Positions 54,547 through 64,000 of a stretch of 64,000 bases of DNA are shown here, piece after piece; within the stretch, counting starts at the first letter, position 1, and each line of letters starts with the position of its first letter. The notes below the pieces were generated by a model. It saw nothing but the letters and a program-made list of their open reading frames with translations, had not been told where the DNA came from and made no database searches. The translations under genes and the position numbers were made by a program. This stretch comes from an uncultured Aliarcobacter sp. (GTDB taxonomy: Bacteria > Campylobacterota > Campylobacteria > Campylobacterales > Arcobacteraceae): NCBI GenBank assembly GCA_963677435.1, contig OY781945.1, positions 1,024,001 to 1,088,000 of the forward strand, read 5' to 3'.

Positions 54547-55059
54547 ATGATTAGAGAAGTTATAACTTATCCAAATAAATTACTTCGATTAAAGTCAAAA
54601 GATGTGGAGCAATTCGATATAGAATTGCACACTCTTTTAGATGATATGTATGATACTATGATGGCGGAAGGCGGTGTTGGACTTGCTGCAATTCAAATAT
54701 CAATTCCTTTAAATGTTTTAATTATAAATCTTCCAAATGAAGAAGATATTCAAGATAAAAATGAATTAATTGAAGCTATTAATCCAATAATTACTCATAA
54801 AGATGGAACTCAAATATTTACAGAAGGTTGTTTAAGTGTTCCTGGTTATTCAGAAGATGTAACAAGAGCACAACATATTATAGTCGAATATTTTGATAGA
54901 AATGGAAATAAACAAATAATGGAATGTGAAGATTTCTTAGCAGTTGCTTGGCAACATGAAATGGAACATCTTTCAGGTCATTTATTTATAGAAAATTTAT
55001 CAATAATCAAAAGAAAAAAATTCGAAAAAGAGTGGAAAAAAAAGTTAAAACAGAAATAA
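54547..55059 (+). CDS. def: Peptide deformylase
   Basis: GVGLAAIQ, EGCLS and QHEMEH motifs. Confidence 0.96.
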   Translation: MIREVITYPNKLLRLKSKDVEQFDIELHTLLDDMYDTMMAEGGVGLAAIQISIPLNVLIINLPNEEDIQDKNELIEAINPIITHKDGTQIFTEGCLSVPGYSEDVTRAQHIIVEYFDRNGNKQIMECEDFLAVAWQHEMEHLSGHLFIENLSIIKRKKFEKEWKKKLKQK

Positions 55060-55064
55060 ATTAT

Positions 55065-55108
55065 AAAAAATAAGAACTATTTGTTTTAAGGAATAGTTCT
55101 TATTTTTT
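55065..55108. terminator. Bidirectional terminator hairpin
   Basis: AAAAAATAAGAACTATT...AATAGTTCTTATTTTTT between convergent genes. Confidence 0.7.
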
Positions 55109-55114
55109 TATATT

Positions 55115-57235
55115 TTAAAATGTATACTTGTATGTCAATGTTGCATTTCTTGGTGACCCATAAATCATGCCATCACTTCCTAAACCTTCATAATATTTTT
55201 TATCAAAAAGATTATTTACATTTAGTTGTATATTAGAATTTTTATTAAGTTCATATGCAATTAGCGTATTAATTAAAATAAATCCTTTTTGTTCGATTAG
55301 ATTTTTTCCTTCTCCTTCATAATATCTACTTTTATAGTTTGCACCTGCTCCTAATTTGAATTTTTGAATTTTATATGTTGCGAATAAATTGGCAGTTGTT
55401 CTTGCTGAATCTGTAGAAAATTTATCTCCATTCGCTTCTTTAGCAGTAAAATTAGCTAAACCAAGATTTATATTCATATTTGTAGTTATTTTCCCTGTTA
55501 GATTTATTTCAATACCTTTACTCTCAACTCCTCTTGCAGCCCTAAAGGCTTGACTTGATGTTCCTGGGATTAAAACGCCATCAATTTTTTGTGCAACATT
55601 ATCTTGTATGATTTTAAATAAAGAAAATGATGTATTTAATTTTCCATCAAAATATTCCCCTTTTACTCCTGTTTCATAGCTTTTACCTATTATTGGATCT
55701 AAGTATTTATCGTTAATGTCTTTTTGCGATTGTGGTTGAAATATATCTGTATAACTTACATATATTGAGTGTTGATCATTTATTTCATATACCATACCTG
55801 CGTAAGGTGTAAATTGATTTTCAAATGTTCTTGAATCATATCTACTATCTTCGTTTATAAGTGTATATTTACTTAGTCTTGCACCTAAAATTAATTTTAA
55901 TCTTTCATGTAGGGATAGTTTTTGATTTACATAAAAAGCTGTTTGAGTTACATGATTTAAAGGTCTTATTATTACTTCTGAACTAAGAGGATAAATCTCA
56001 TTTATACTATAGTTATAAAAATTTGGAATAGTAATAGCGTTCCAACCATTCATATAAGCTACATCATTTTTTAGTGTAGAATATTTGCTATATGAAAATC
56101 CTAAAATTGATTCTTGGTCTAAATTTAGAACATTAAATGGTGCTTTTAAATTGAAATCAAAGTTTTCATCTGTTCTATGCACAACATCTTCATATGCTTT
56201 TGCAGATATTCCACTTCCATCATTAGTATTAACTTTCCCTGTAAACCACAAGAGTTTAGATTTTTCATCCATATCTGTATATGTATAACTAGAATTTAAT
56301 GAAATCTGATCTGTAATGTATTGTTGTAAATTTGTAAAAACTGATGTAGTTTTCATATCCCAATATGTCCAATCTTCAGTAACAGATTTTGATCTATCAA
56401 AATCTATTCGATTACCATTTGAATCAAAAGCCGGAAGTCCTCCCCATGCAACTCCATTTTTATCTAAATCTTCATAAGAAGCACCAATTGATAAAAAAGT
56501 AGTATCACTTAAATCTGCATCTACAATTCCATATAATAAGTTTTTTTCTTTTTTATATTTATCCATGAAAGAGTCTTCTTCTTGATGTTTAACTATAACT
56601 CTTGCTCTTATATTTTTATCTTCATTTAAAGGTGTAGAAATATCTACTATTGAAGAATAGTTATTCCATGAGCCAGCACTAAGTAGTAAATTGCCTTTGA
56701 GTACCTTACTATTTGCATGTTTTCTAACAAAATTCATACTCATAGCAGGATTGCCAGAACCTGTGGTTAAACCATTTGCACCTTTTACAATTTCAACTCT
56801 ATCATAAATTGATAAATCTAAATCCCGAGATGAGATAAATCCATATTGGCTCATTCCATCTATTTTAAAATAATCTATTTCAAAGCCTCTTGTTGATGCA
56901 TAAACACTTTCATCTTGTCTATTTAATGTAACACCTGGAATTTCATCTAACATTTTTTGATATGAAGTTATATTTTTATCTTCTAATTCTTGTGTTGTTA
57001 AAACAGAGATAGTTTGAGGAGTCTCTTTTATGGATAAATCAAGTTTTGTTGAACTATTCATTAATCCAGTAGTATATGAATCAGTATCTTCTGTTATAAA
57101 AGATAATTTGTTTTCATGGACATTAATCGTGTCTAATAGGTAATTTTCAAGATTAGTATCTGCCAAAAGATTGTTTTGCAATGCAAATATCGTACTTATT
57201 GATATCAAGAACAAGTGTCTTTTATTTTTTTTCAT
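55115..57235 (-). CDS. TonB-dependent siderophore receptor (FhuE/FpvA-like)
   Basis: ETPQTISV, DRVEIVKGANGL, NNLFDKKYY and terminal YTF. Confidence 0.9.
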   Translation of the reverse strand: MKKNKRHLFLISISTIFALQNNLLADTNLENYLLDTINVHENKLSFITEDTDSYTTGLMNSSTKLDLSIKETPQTISVLTTQELEDKNITSYQKMLDEIPGVTLNRQDESVYASTRGFEIDYFKIDGMSQYGFISSRDLDLSIYDRVEIVKGANGLTTGSGNPAMSMNFVRKHANSKVLKGNLLLSAGSWNNYSSIVDISTPLNEDKNIRARVIVKHQEEDSFMDKYKKEKNLLYGIVDADLSDTTFLSIGASYEDLDKNGVAWGGLPAFDSNGNRIDFDRSKSVTEDWTYWDMKTTSVFTNLQQYITDQISLNSSYTYTDMDEKSKLLWFTGKVNTNDGSGISAKAYEDVVHRTDENFDFNLKAPFNVLNLDQESILGFSYSKYSTLKNDVAYMNGWNAITIPNFYNYSINEIYPLSSEVIIRPLNHVTQTAFYVNQKLSLHERLKLILGARLSKYTLINEDSRYDSRTFENQFTPYAGMVYEINDQHSIYVSYTDIFQPQSQKDINDKYLDPIIGKSYETGVKGEYFDGKLNTSFSLFKIIQDNVAQKIDGVLIPGTSSQAFRAARGVESKGIEINLTGKITTNMNINLGLANFTAKEANGDKFSTDSARTTANLFATYKIQKFKLGAGANYKSRYYEGEGKNLIEQKGFILINTLIAYELNKNSNIQLNVNNLFDKKYYEGLGSDGMIYGSPRNATLTYKYTF

Positions 57236-57463
57236 CTTTTCCCTTATAATAGAAAGTATAGGAATTTTGAAAAGAAATTATGAGAATATGATTTTATCTT
57301 TTCAAATATGAATATTATTTTGTTATTGTTAATAATGTGTTAAATATAATAAAATAAGGTTTAATAATTTTAAAGTTGATTGTAAGATATAAGAACAACT
57401 TTCCTATTATCAATTAGAAATAATAAAAAAGAGGTTCAAAAGCAGAATAAAGATAACTATGTA

Positions 57464-57844
57464 TTAAACTTCAAAACCCTTTCTTAATACATTAAAAATC
57501 ATTGAAAACATTAAACTATTTGCTATAATCCAAATTCCCCAAAAAAATACTTTTTCAAATTTTGTAAGAAAAATATCTTTAAATAATAAAGGGCAAGATT
57601 TAATAGCTAAATAAAAGAAAAAAGCTATTCCAACATACATACTATATTTGTTTTGTGAAGCAAATAATATTGTGATAAATGATATAAAAGGAACAAAAAC
57701 TGTTAAAGCAAAAAATTTGCCATAAGTTTTTCTTTTTTTATCTCCATTAAAATATCCAACTGTATATCCACATTCTGGACAAACTGTTCCTAATCTTGAT
57801 AATATTTCATGATTGCACTCTGGGCAATTTATAAGTGATGACAT
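57464..57844 (-). CDS. Hypothetical zinc-ribbon membrane protein
   Basis: CPEC...CPECG followed by three TM segments. Confidence 0.7.
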   Translation of the reverse strand: MSSLINCPECNHEILSRLGTVCPECGYTVGYFNGDKKRKTYGKFFALTVFVPFISFITILFASQNKYSMYVGIAFFFYLAIKSCPLLFKDIFLTKFEKVFFWGIWIIANSLMFSMIFNVLRKGFEV

Positions 57845-57970
57845 TTTTTTATAATCCTAATTTTTTGACTATTATAGCAAGTGAAGTTAAAAAGTGTATT
57901 TAGGTATTTGCTCTTTTATTAAAATAAAGATAATATATTTTTTTATTATATTATTAAAATGGTATCAATT

Positions 57971-58906
57971 ATGAAAATTATAAAATCAGCTTCCCTTGAC
58001 ACATTAGATGCAATTAGTATTGATGTTGAATCAACATTTACAAAAGGTTTACCCACTTTTACAATAGTAGGAATGATAAGCGCGAGTATTAGCGAGTCAA
58101 AAGATAGAGTAAAATCAGCTCTTTTAACAAATGGCTTTAAATTTCCACCTCTTAAAATAACAGTTAATCTTTCTCCTTCTGAAATAAATAAAAAAGGAAC
58201 ACACTTTGACTTGGCTATTGCTTTACAAATTGCACTTTTTGAAGAGAAAAATATAGATTTTGAAGATATTTATTTTTTTGGAGAGTTAGCACTTGATGGG
58301 AATATAAAAGATACAAGTTCTATTTTTCCAATTATTTTATCCCTTGTAAAACAAAATATTATTAAAAAAGTTTTGGTTTGTGAAACAAGTGCAGAAAAAT
58401 TATCAAATATTCCAAATCTAGAAATTTACAAAGTGAAAAATCTAGAAGAAGCGATAAGCTTTACTAAATCAAAAAATAAAGATAATTTTTTATTTCAAAA
58501 GAAGATTTTAGAGTATAAAACACTAAACATAAATGATGACAAATTTTATTATGAAACAATTTATAAAGATGATTTTTCAGATGTTATAGGTCAAGAAATG
58601 GCTAAATATGCAGCCTTAATAAGTGCTGCTGGAAATCATAATATAATTTTTGAGGGAAGTCCTGGTTGTGGGAAATCTATGATTTCAAAAAGATTACAAT
58701 ATATTATGCCTCCCATGAGTTTGGAAGAGATTTTAGAAAAAGCAAAACTTCAAGCTTTGGATTTTAAAGAGGTTGATTTTTCACCTATTAGAGCTTTTCG
58801 CTCGCCTCATCACAGTTCCACAAAATCCTCAATTTTTGGTGGAGGAAGTGTAAATGCAAAGATGGGAGAAATTGCTTTAAGCAACAATGGGATTTTAAAT
58901 TTCTAG
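57971..58906 (+). pseudogene. comM: 5' part of ComM/YifB Mg-chelatase-like ATPase, interrupted just before Walker B
   Basis: ESKDRVKSA, NLSP, FDLAIA, GELALDG, GSPGCGKS, FRSPHHS, GEIALSNNGIL, then stop where xxDE is expected. Confidence 0.9.
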
Positions 58907-58921
58907 GTATAGACTATTAAT
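58892..58921 (+). repeat. 30-bp imperfect direct repeat at the comM breakpoint (copy 2 at 60861..60890), att-like
   Basis: ATTTTAAATTTCTAGGTATAGACTATTAAT vs ATTTTATTTTTCTATGTATAGACTATTTAT, 26/30 identical. Confidence 0.65.
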
Positions 58922-59136
58922 TTGAATATTTATTTTCTTCTAAATTATGAAGTATTTCAATAATAAATTTTTACTATTAAATCTATTTATAGTATTTTAA
59001 TTAACTATTGAGATTGTTTAGATATTTAATTTTTTATTCTATTGATTTTATCTTTACATTTATAAGATTTATATTATGTATATAATTATACAATCAACTG
59101 AATTTTTAGAAAAACTAAACTATTAAAGGTAATTTA

Positions 59137-60669
59137 ATGACTAAAAAAGAGTTTCATAACATCATTAATGATTATAAACAAGGTATTATATTAGCTATAC
59201 TCTCAATAATATTAACTCTAATCATAGATTCTCCTATTTATTTTATGAAAGAATTATTGTCTAATTACATAACAATATTCATTCTTTTTTTGCTATTTTC
59301 ATGTGTATTATTCATATTTAATGAAAAAAAATTTATCACCATTTTATGGATATTCTTTTTTATAGCTTTATTTTTCCATAGTTTATATATTTATAAATAT
59401 AACAAACATTCAAAAACATTTTCAATAAATTTTTATGGTTTATACAGTAATGAAAAGCAAGGATTGACAAAAACCAATAACGATAAATTATTAGATGAAA
59501 ACATACTAAAATCCTTAGATAAAGAAGAATTTTATAATATAACAAATTTATATTTACCAAATCACATATTATATTTCTTTGAAAAAGAAGAGATAATTAA
59601 GCTTTATGAGAACAAGAATAAAAATAATGTATTCTCATTATTAATTTATAAAGAAGACAACATTTATAAAATTGTCAATTTTTTAAACGATGAAGCTTTA
59701 ACTTCTCCATATCATACTAAAAAACATTTAGACTTAATAAAAAATACTTTTAATGAAATATTAAATTTAAATAGTATTAATAAAGAAGAAGTGATAAGAG
59801 ATCTTCTTCTTATGTATCAACAAGAATTTTTAAGAATGTTATCCTATGACTTATTAGATAATAACGTTTATGATTATAAAAAAACATACGAATTATATAA
59901 TTTATCAACAAATAATGTTCTTACAATTTTACATAAATATAAAAGATTAATTTCAAACAATGATCTTAGTAACAAAATTGATTTTTTATTAGATATGGAA
60001 CAATCTATTTCAAAATATACTTTAGCTTTAATTAATATAAGTTCACAAGATTACAATTCTGCTGTTAAAAATTTAATTGCTTGCTTACAATCAACACCTT
60101 ATTTTCCTTATGATAACTATGAAGAATTTGTTAAAGACTATAAAGCTTTTTATCATGTATCACTAAAAAAGTCTTCGGAAGAATTAGAATCAAAACCAGA
60201 ATATTCAAATATTTCTAATAAAAATGAAGATTTTAAATTTGAAAAGAATTTATATACAGATAAATTATCCTCAAATTATTTGGAAATACTTCCTCCATAT
60301 CTTTTAATAAAAGAATTAATTTCTAAAAAAAATTTAACTGATGAGACTTATATTTTAATTGAAAATAGATTTAATGAAATATTAGAACTTAACAATATTT
60401 TTAAATTCTATTTTGCAGATATAATAAAATATTTACCTAAAGGAACAGAAAAAATAAACGATATGTATCTTGATAGGGTAGATGAATCTAAGGTTTTATT
60501 AGAAAATTTTATGAAGCTAGATAGCAATATGAACGATATAATTTCGCAAAAACTTGTTGCATTATATTTATTCAAACAAACATACGAAGGGAAAGAATAT
60601 CATAAAGATATAAGGGAACTATTAAAACAGAATGATCTAAATAGATTAAAAAATGGACCAACACCTTAA
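59137..60669 (+). CDS. Hypothetical protein with N-terminal TM helices and helical (TPR-like) soluble region
   Basis: 510-aa ORF; three hydrophobic segments then a helical region. Confidence 0.65.
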   Translation: MTKKEFHNIINDYKQGIILAILSIILTLIIDSPIYFMKELLSNYITIFILFLLFSCVLFIFNEKKFITILWIFFFIALFFHSLYIYKYNKHSKTFSINFYGLYSNEKQGLTKTNNDKLLDENILKSLDKEEFYNITNLYLPNHILYFFEKEEIIKLYENKNKNNVFSLLIYKEDNIYKIVNFLNDEALTSPYHTKKHLDLIKNTFNEILNLNSINKEEVIRDLLLMYQQEFLRMLSYDLLDNNVYDYKKTYELYNLSTNNVLTILHKYKRLISNNDLSNKIDFLLDMEQSISKYTLALINISSQDYNSAVKNLIACLQSTPYFPYDNYEEFVKDYKAFYHVSLKKSSEELESKPEYSNISNKNEDFKFEKNLYTDKLSSNYLEILPPYLLIKELISKKNLTDETYILIENRFNEILELNNIFKFYFADIIKYLPKGTEKINDMYLDRVDESKVLLENFMKLDSNMNDIISQKLVALYLFKQTYEGKEYHKDIRELLKQNDLNRLKNGPTP

Positions 60670-60928
60670 GATTTTAAAGTATATTTTAGAAAAATACACT
60701 TACCACATAATTTTCATTTAATAAGATTGGTTTAAAGTAATCTTTTCTCTCTTTAATTCAGGGTCTTTTTTGAGTTTATTTTGATAGATTCTTATACATT
60801 TTGTTTTTCTTAACACCAAACAATGAGATAAAAAAATTTGAAATTTATTTACTTTTTCTTATTTTATTTTTCTATGTATAGACTATTTATATAATAATTT
60901 GCATTTCATAATTAGAACTTTTTATTAT

Positions 60929-62284
60929 TTAGAATTCCTCTGCTTTAGTCTTTCTGAATAGATTGAAAATTTTACTTCTACAATAATTTATATTATGCAA
61001 AATTCTATTTTTATTTAAATCATTTTTAATATAAGTCCTTAATGCTTCAATATCTTTGAAACAAATATAGTTATGTATTAATTCTCCATCCTCTGATGAA
61101 TAATGTGTGAAAATATCATACTCTCTTTCATAATATATATCTTCAGTATTTTCATTTATTTTATTTCTTTTAACTTCTTTGTTTCTTAAACTTAAATTGT
61201 GAGAATACTTTGGATAATAAATTCTTAACCATCTAAGTATTGAGTGATACTTTATCTTATCTTTATTATTTACCTCAAACTGTTTTATATATCTTGGACC
61301 TTTAACTTTATCTTCAATTAAATCTAAAGCATTTAAAAATTTTGCAATAATGGTTCTATGATTTCCTTCACTAATATAATGTTTTCCATTAATTATTTTT
61401 ATACCCCAAGGATCTATACCTCTTTCATAATTTTCTATTGTTCTATAAAAATCAATTGAACCAAATGAATCACTAAATAGTTTCAAATCTTCAACATATG
61501 ATGGTGTTCTTAAGCTGTTAATTGCATCAATCCAAGTTTTCTTATTATATTTTGGGTGTGATGTACCTATTATTTTAGTTACATCAAATGCAACATCTAA
61601 TGTTAAGGTTTCTTTATCAGCAAAATCATAGAGAGCATAATCAATTAATGGTTTTACCTTTTCATTTGCAAAAGGTATTATCTCTTTTGCATCATTAATT
61701 AGCTCTAGAGCATATTCATAAAACTTAATACTATTTGGTAATGCAATATTTTTAATTTTTGAAACAGGTGTATCTTGTAAATGATATTTATTTTTGCAAA
61801 CTTTTTTTAGTTTAAAGCCAAGTTTTCTATAAGTTTTTAGTTTTCTAGTAAAATTCATTCTATTATAACTATTTGAATTGACATGGTCTTTTTCTACTTG
61901 TGGACCACCAGTAAATACAACATTTACATTTGAATCTATATTATGTTTCTCAATCAACTCTCTTAAAATATATGATGTAAAATATGAGAATAATCCTAAG
62001 CTTTTAAACTCAAATAATTCATTTGGCAAAATGTAAAAATCCATAATTTCAAAGATTCTTCCTGAACCACCTTTTAATTGAATTTTATTATTTATAAATG
62101 AAGCTTCCAATACTAAAATTAAATTAGTTCCACTTTGAAGATATTTTTTATATTCATTACCTGATTTGTATAGAACAAAATTTAGTTCTAAGGTTATTGA
62201 TTCCTCAGCCTCTTTTGTTGTCATTTTAATTATTGTATTTTGACTTAACTTTTCATTTTTTAATTTAAAATAATTGACTTTCAT
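60929..62284 (-). CDS. Hypothetical protein; putative GNAT-like N-terminus and ParB/Srx-like C-terminus
   Basis: DFYILP..FKSLGLFS and TYRKLGF; HYISEGNHRTIIAK. Confidence 0.55.
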   Translation of the reverse strand: MKVNYFKLKNEKLSQNTIIKMTTKEAEESITLELNFVLYKSGNEYKKYLQSGTNLILVLEASFINNKIQLKGGSGRIFEIMDFYILPNELFEFKSLGLFSYFTSYILRELIEKHNIDSNVNVVFTGGPQVEKDHVNSNSYNRMNFTRKLKTYRKLGFKLKKVCKNKYHLQDTPVSKIKNIALPNSIKFYEYALELINDAKEIIPFANEKVKPLIDYALYDFADKETLTLDVAFDVTKIIGTSHPKYNKKTWIDAINSLRTPSYVEDLKLFSDSFGSIDFYRTIENYERGIDPWGIKIINGKHYISEGNHRTIIAKFLNALDLIEDKVKGPRYIKQFEVNNKDKIKYHSILRWLRIYYPKYSHNLSLRNKEVKRNKINENTEDIYYEREYDIFTHYSSEDGELIHNYICFKDIEALRTYIKNDLNKNRILHNINYCRSKIFNLFRKTKAEEF

Positions 62285-62739
62285 ATTAATTGTTAAACCT
62301 TTCAGAACTACTTAATTATTTAAAATAGTAGTGTTTAAATATTTCGTTCATAAGTATATAGTTTTATTTTATAATTATTTTTTTAGTAATTATATAAAAT
62401 TCTTTTTATTACCAACACTCGTTAAGGTGAAATTATTATTTCTTTATATTAATAATAAAAATGGTAAATATAAAGTCTTAACTTATTTAGTAAATGTAAA
62501 GTAATTTGTTAATTTACATTCTAGTTTACATTTTTTATATTAAATTGTAAAGTAAAATGTAAAATAAGCATTTCATTTTACATAAAATTATAGATTTATA
62601 TTTTTATTTACATTACTCATACATAATTAATTACAATTGATACTATCAAATCAATTAAATATCAAATTAGCTATTATTCTAAACTAATTGATAATATTCA
62701 ATCAATTACAATCTTTATTTAAGTTATCAAGGAATTACT

Positions 62740-63399
62740 ATAAAAAAAATACTACTACTAACAACTCTTATATTCACAACCACAATATTCGCAGAATCAT
62801 TCAACCAATCAAAAAAACAACTAAAAGAAATATATAAAGACCATCAAACAACCTTTTACTGTGGATGTAAATATAATCCTTTAGATAAAGATAATATGAT
62901 AGATAGAAATAGCTGTGGTTATGTTCCAAGAAATGAACTAACAAAAAAAGGTAAAGAGAATGAGCGAGCTAATAGGATTGAATGGGAACATATAATGCCC
63001 GCTGAAAACTTTGGTAAACATTTACCTTGTTGGAAAGATGGTGGAAGAAAAGCTTGTAGTAAAGACCCTGTGTTTAATAAAATGGAAGCAGATATGCATA
63101 ATTTAGTTCCATCAATTGGAGAATTAAATGCAGATAGAAGTAATCTTAGATATGGTGCAGATAAACCAAAAAATAAAATGTATGGTGAATGTAAATTTGA
63201 AATAGACTTTGATGCTAATAGAGCTTATGTAAGAGATGAGATAAAAGGTGATATAGCAAGAGCATATTTCTATATGAGTAAAACATATAATATAAACCTA
63301 TCTGATCAAGAAAGAAAACTAATGGAAGCTTGGGACAAACAAGACCCAATAGATGAATGGGAAATTGAGAAAAATAAAAGAATTGAAAAAATTAAATAA
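62740..63399 (+). CDS. Secreted endonuclease I (EndA/Dns family); full frame starts at ATA 62740
   Basis: SFNQSKK, TFYCGC, RIEWEHIMPA, EADMHNLVPSIGELNADRSN and KGDIARAYFYM motifs; signal peptide in frame upstream of the track ORF. Confidence 0.88.
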   Translation: MKKILLLTTLIFTTTIFAESFNQSKKQLKEIYKDHQTTFYCGCKYNPLDKDNMIDRNSCGYVPRNELTKKGKENERANRIEWEHIMPAENFGKHLPCWKDGGRKACSKDPVFNKMEADMHNLVPSIGELNADRSNLRYGADKPKNKMYGECKFEIDFDANRAYVRDEIKGDIARAYFYMSKTYNINLSDQERKLMEAWDKQDPIDEWEIEKNKRIEKIK

Positions 63400-63460
63400 A
63401 GAGTCATTTATGAGTCAATTGCTCTTGTATAATATAATTTAATTTAAGAAAGGATTTATT

Positions 63461-63739
63461 ATGAAAAAAGTAGTATTTTTTGTTTTATTATTTACAAGTA
63501 TAAATATGTTTGCAGATCAACATGTAAGTGGGTATTACAAAAGTAATGGCACACATGTGGATAGTTATATGAAAAGTAGTCCAAATAATACAAAAAGTGA
63601 TAACTTTAGTACATATGGGAATGTGAATCCTTATACAGGACAAGCAGGAACAAAAACTTATAGCGATTATAATAACTATGGCCATAATAAGAATAGTAAC
63701 TCAAATAGTTCTGGATATAAAAGTTATAATGGCAGATAG
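63461..63739 (+). CDS. Small secreted hypothetical protein of mobile-element type
   Basis: Signal peptide; HVSGYYKSNGTHV...NFSTYGNVNPYTGQAGT pattern. Confidence 0.75.
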   Translation: MKKVVFFVLLFTSINMFADQHVSGYYKSNGTHVDSYMKSSPNNTKSDNFSTYGNVNPYTGQAGTKTYSDYNNYGHNKNSNSNSSGYKSYNGR

Positions 63740-63747
63740 ATTTAATT

Positions 63748-63969
63748 CTATCTGCAAATTGTTTCACAAGGAATTCCATCTTTATCTCTATCAAGCCTAG
63801 ATACTCCACATTGTTTTAAATAAAATATTGCTTCTTTACAACTAGTCATTTCTTTACAATATTTTTTACCTTCACATTTAAATTCTGGTTTTACTTCAGT
63901 TTTTGTCTTTTTAGTTTCTGCTGAAAAAAGAGATAATGCGAGTGCAATTACTATTATAATTTTATGCAT
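63748..63969 (-). CDS. Excalibur calcium-binding domain protein, secreted
   Basis: Signal peptide; CKEMTSCKEA...LDRDKDGIPCE. Confidence 0.85.
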   Translation of the reverse strand: MHKIIIVIALALSLFSAETKKTKTEVKPEFKCEGKKYCKEMTSCKEAIFYLKQCGVSRLDRDKDGIPCETICR

Positions 63970-64000
63970 AGAATAAACCTTTTTTATTTGATTATAGCAT

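Larger units (their letters stand above)
58898..64000. mobile_element. Left part of an integrative element/genomic island inserted in comM (continues beyond the window)
   Basis: Abrupt comM truncation followed by orphan genes, a nuclease and phage/ICE-type small proteins. Confidence 0.75.

Noticed and set aside
57278..57300. Fur box upstream of the TonB receptor
   Set aside because: Biologically plausible, but the match to consensus is weak in very AT-rich DNA
63950..63980. Third copy of the comM att-like repeat (TTTATGCATAGAATA)
   Set aside because: Too degenerate, and it overlaps the Excalibur gene start
1..64000. CRISPR array, rRNA, tRNA, intact transposase or integrase
   Set aside because: None seen; the only tRNA-like sequence belongs to tmRNA

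Overview
AT-rich chromosomal window from a Campylobacterota bacterium, most likely Arcobacteraceae (inferred from the tmRNA tag ANNTNYAPAYAKAA, the gene content and the many chemoreceptors). Approximate layout: (1) 1-21 kb holds signalling and transport genes: EAL and GGDEF-EAL proteins, three MCPs (one with an in-frame TGA), two tandem Cache histidine kinases and duplicated AraC+DMT modules (one araC frameshifted). (2) 20-25 kb holds nhaA and a Fur-family regulator divergent from a ZnuA-like gene and a NicO/RcnA-type fusion. (3) 25-30 kb holds an unusual operon: a pseudo-receiver regulator, two CydA-like membrane proteins each fused to a c-type cytochrome, a thioredoxin-like protein and a CcoG/NapH-like ferredoxin. 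(4) 30-37 kb holds a degenerate CheA, a CetAB-like pair and a two-component system. (5) 37-41 kb holds trans-sulfuration enzymes and yaeQ. (6) 41-47 kb is a decayed island (alpA relic, AraC, cupin, ADH, MFS) beside tmRNA. (7) 47-58 kb holds core genes: carboxynorspermidine pathway plus rubredoxin, two ppk2, tig-clpP-def and a TonB receptor. (8) From about 58.9 kb a foreign element interrupts comM. It carries a 30-bp repeat at the breakpoint, a GNAT/ParB-like protein, an endonuclease I and small secreted proteins. All product calls come from motif recognition by eye; no searches were run.
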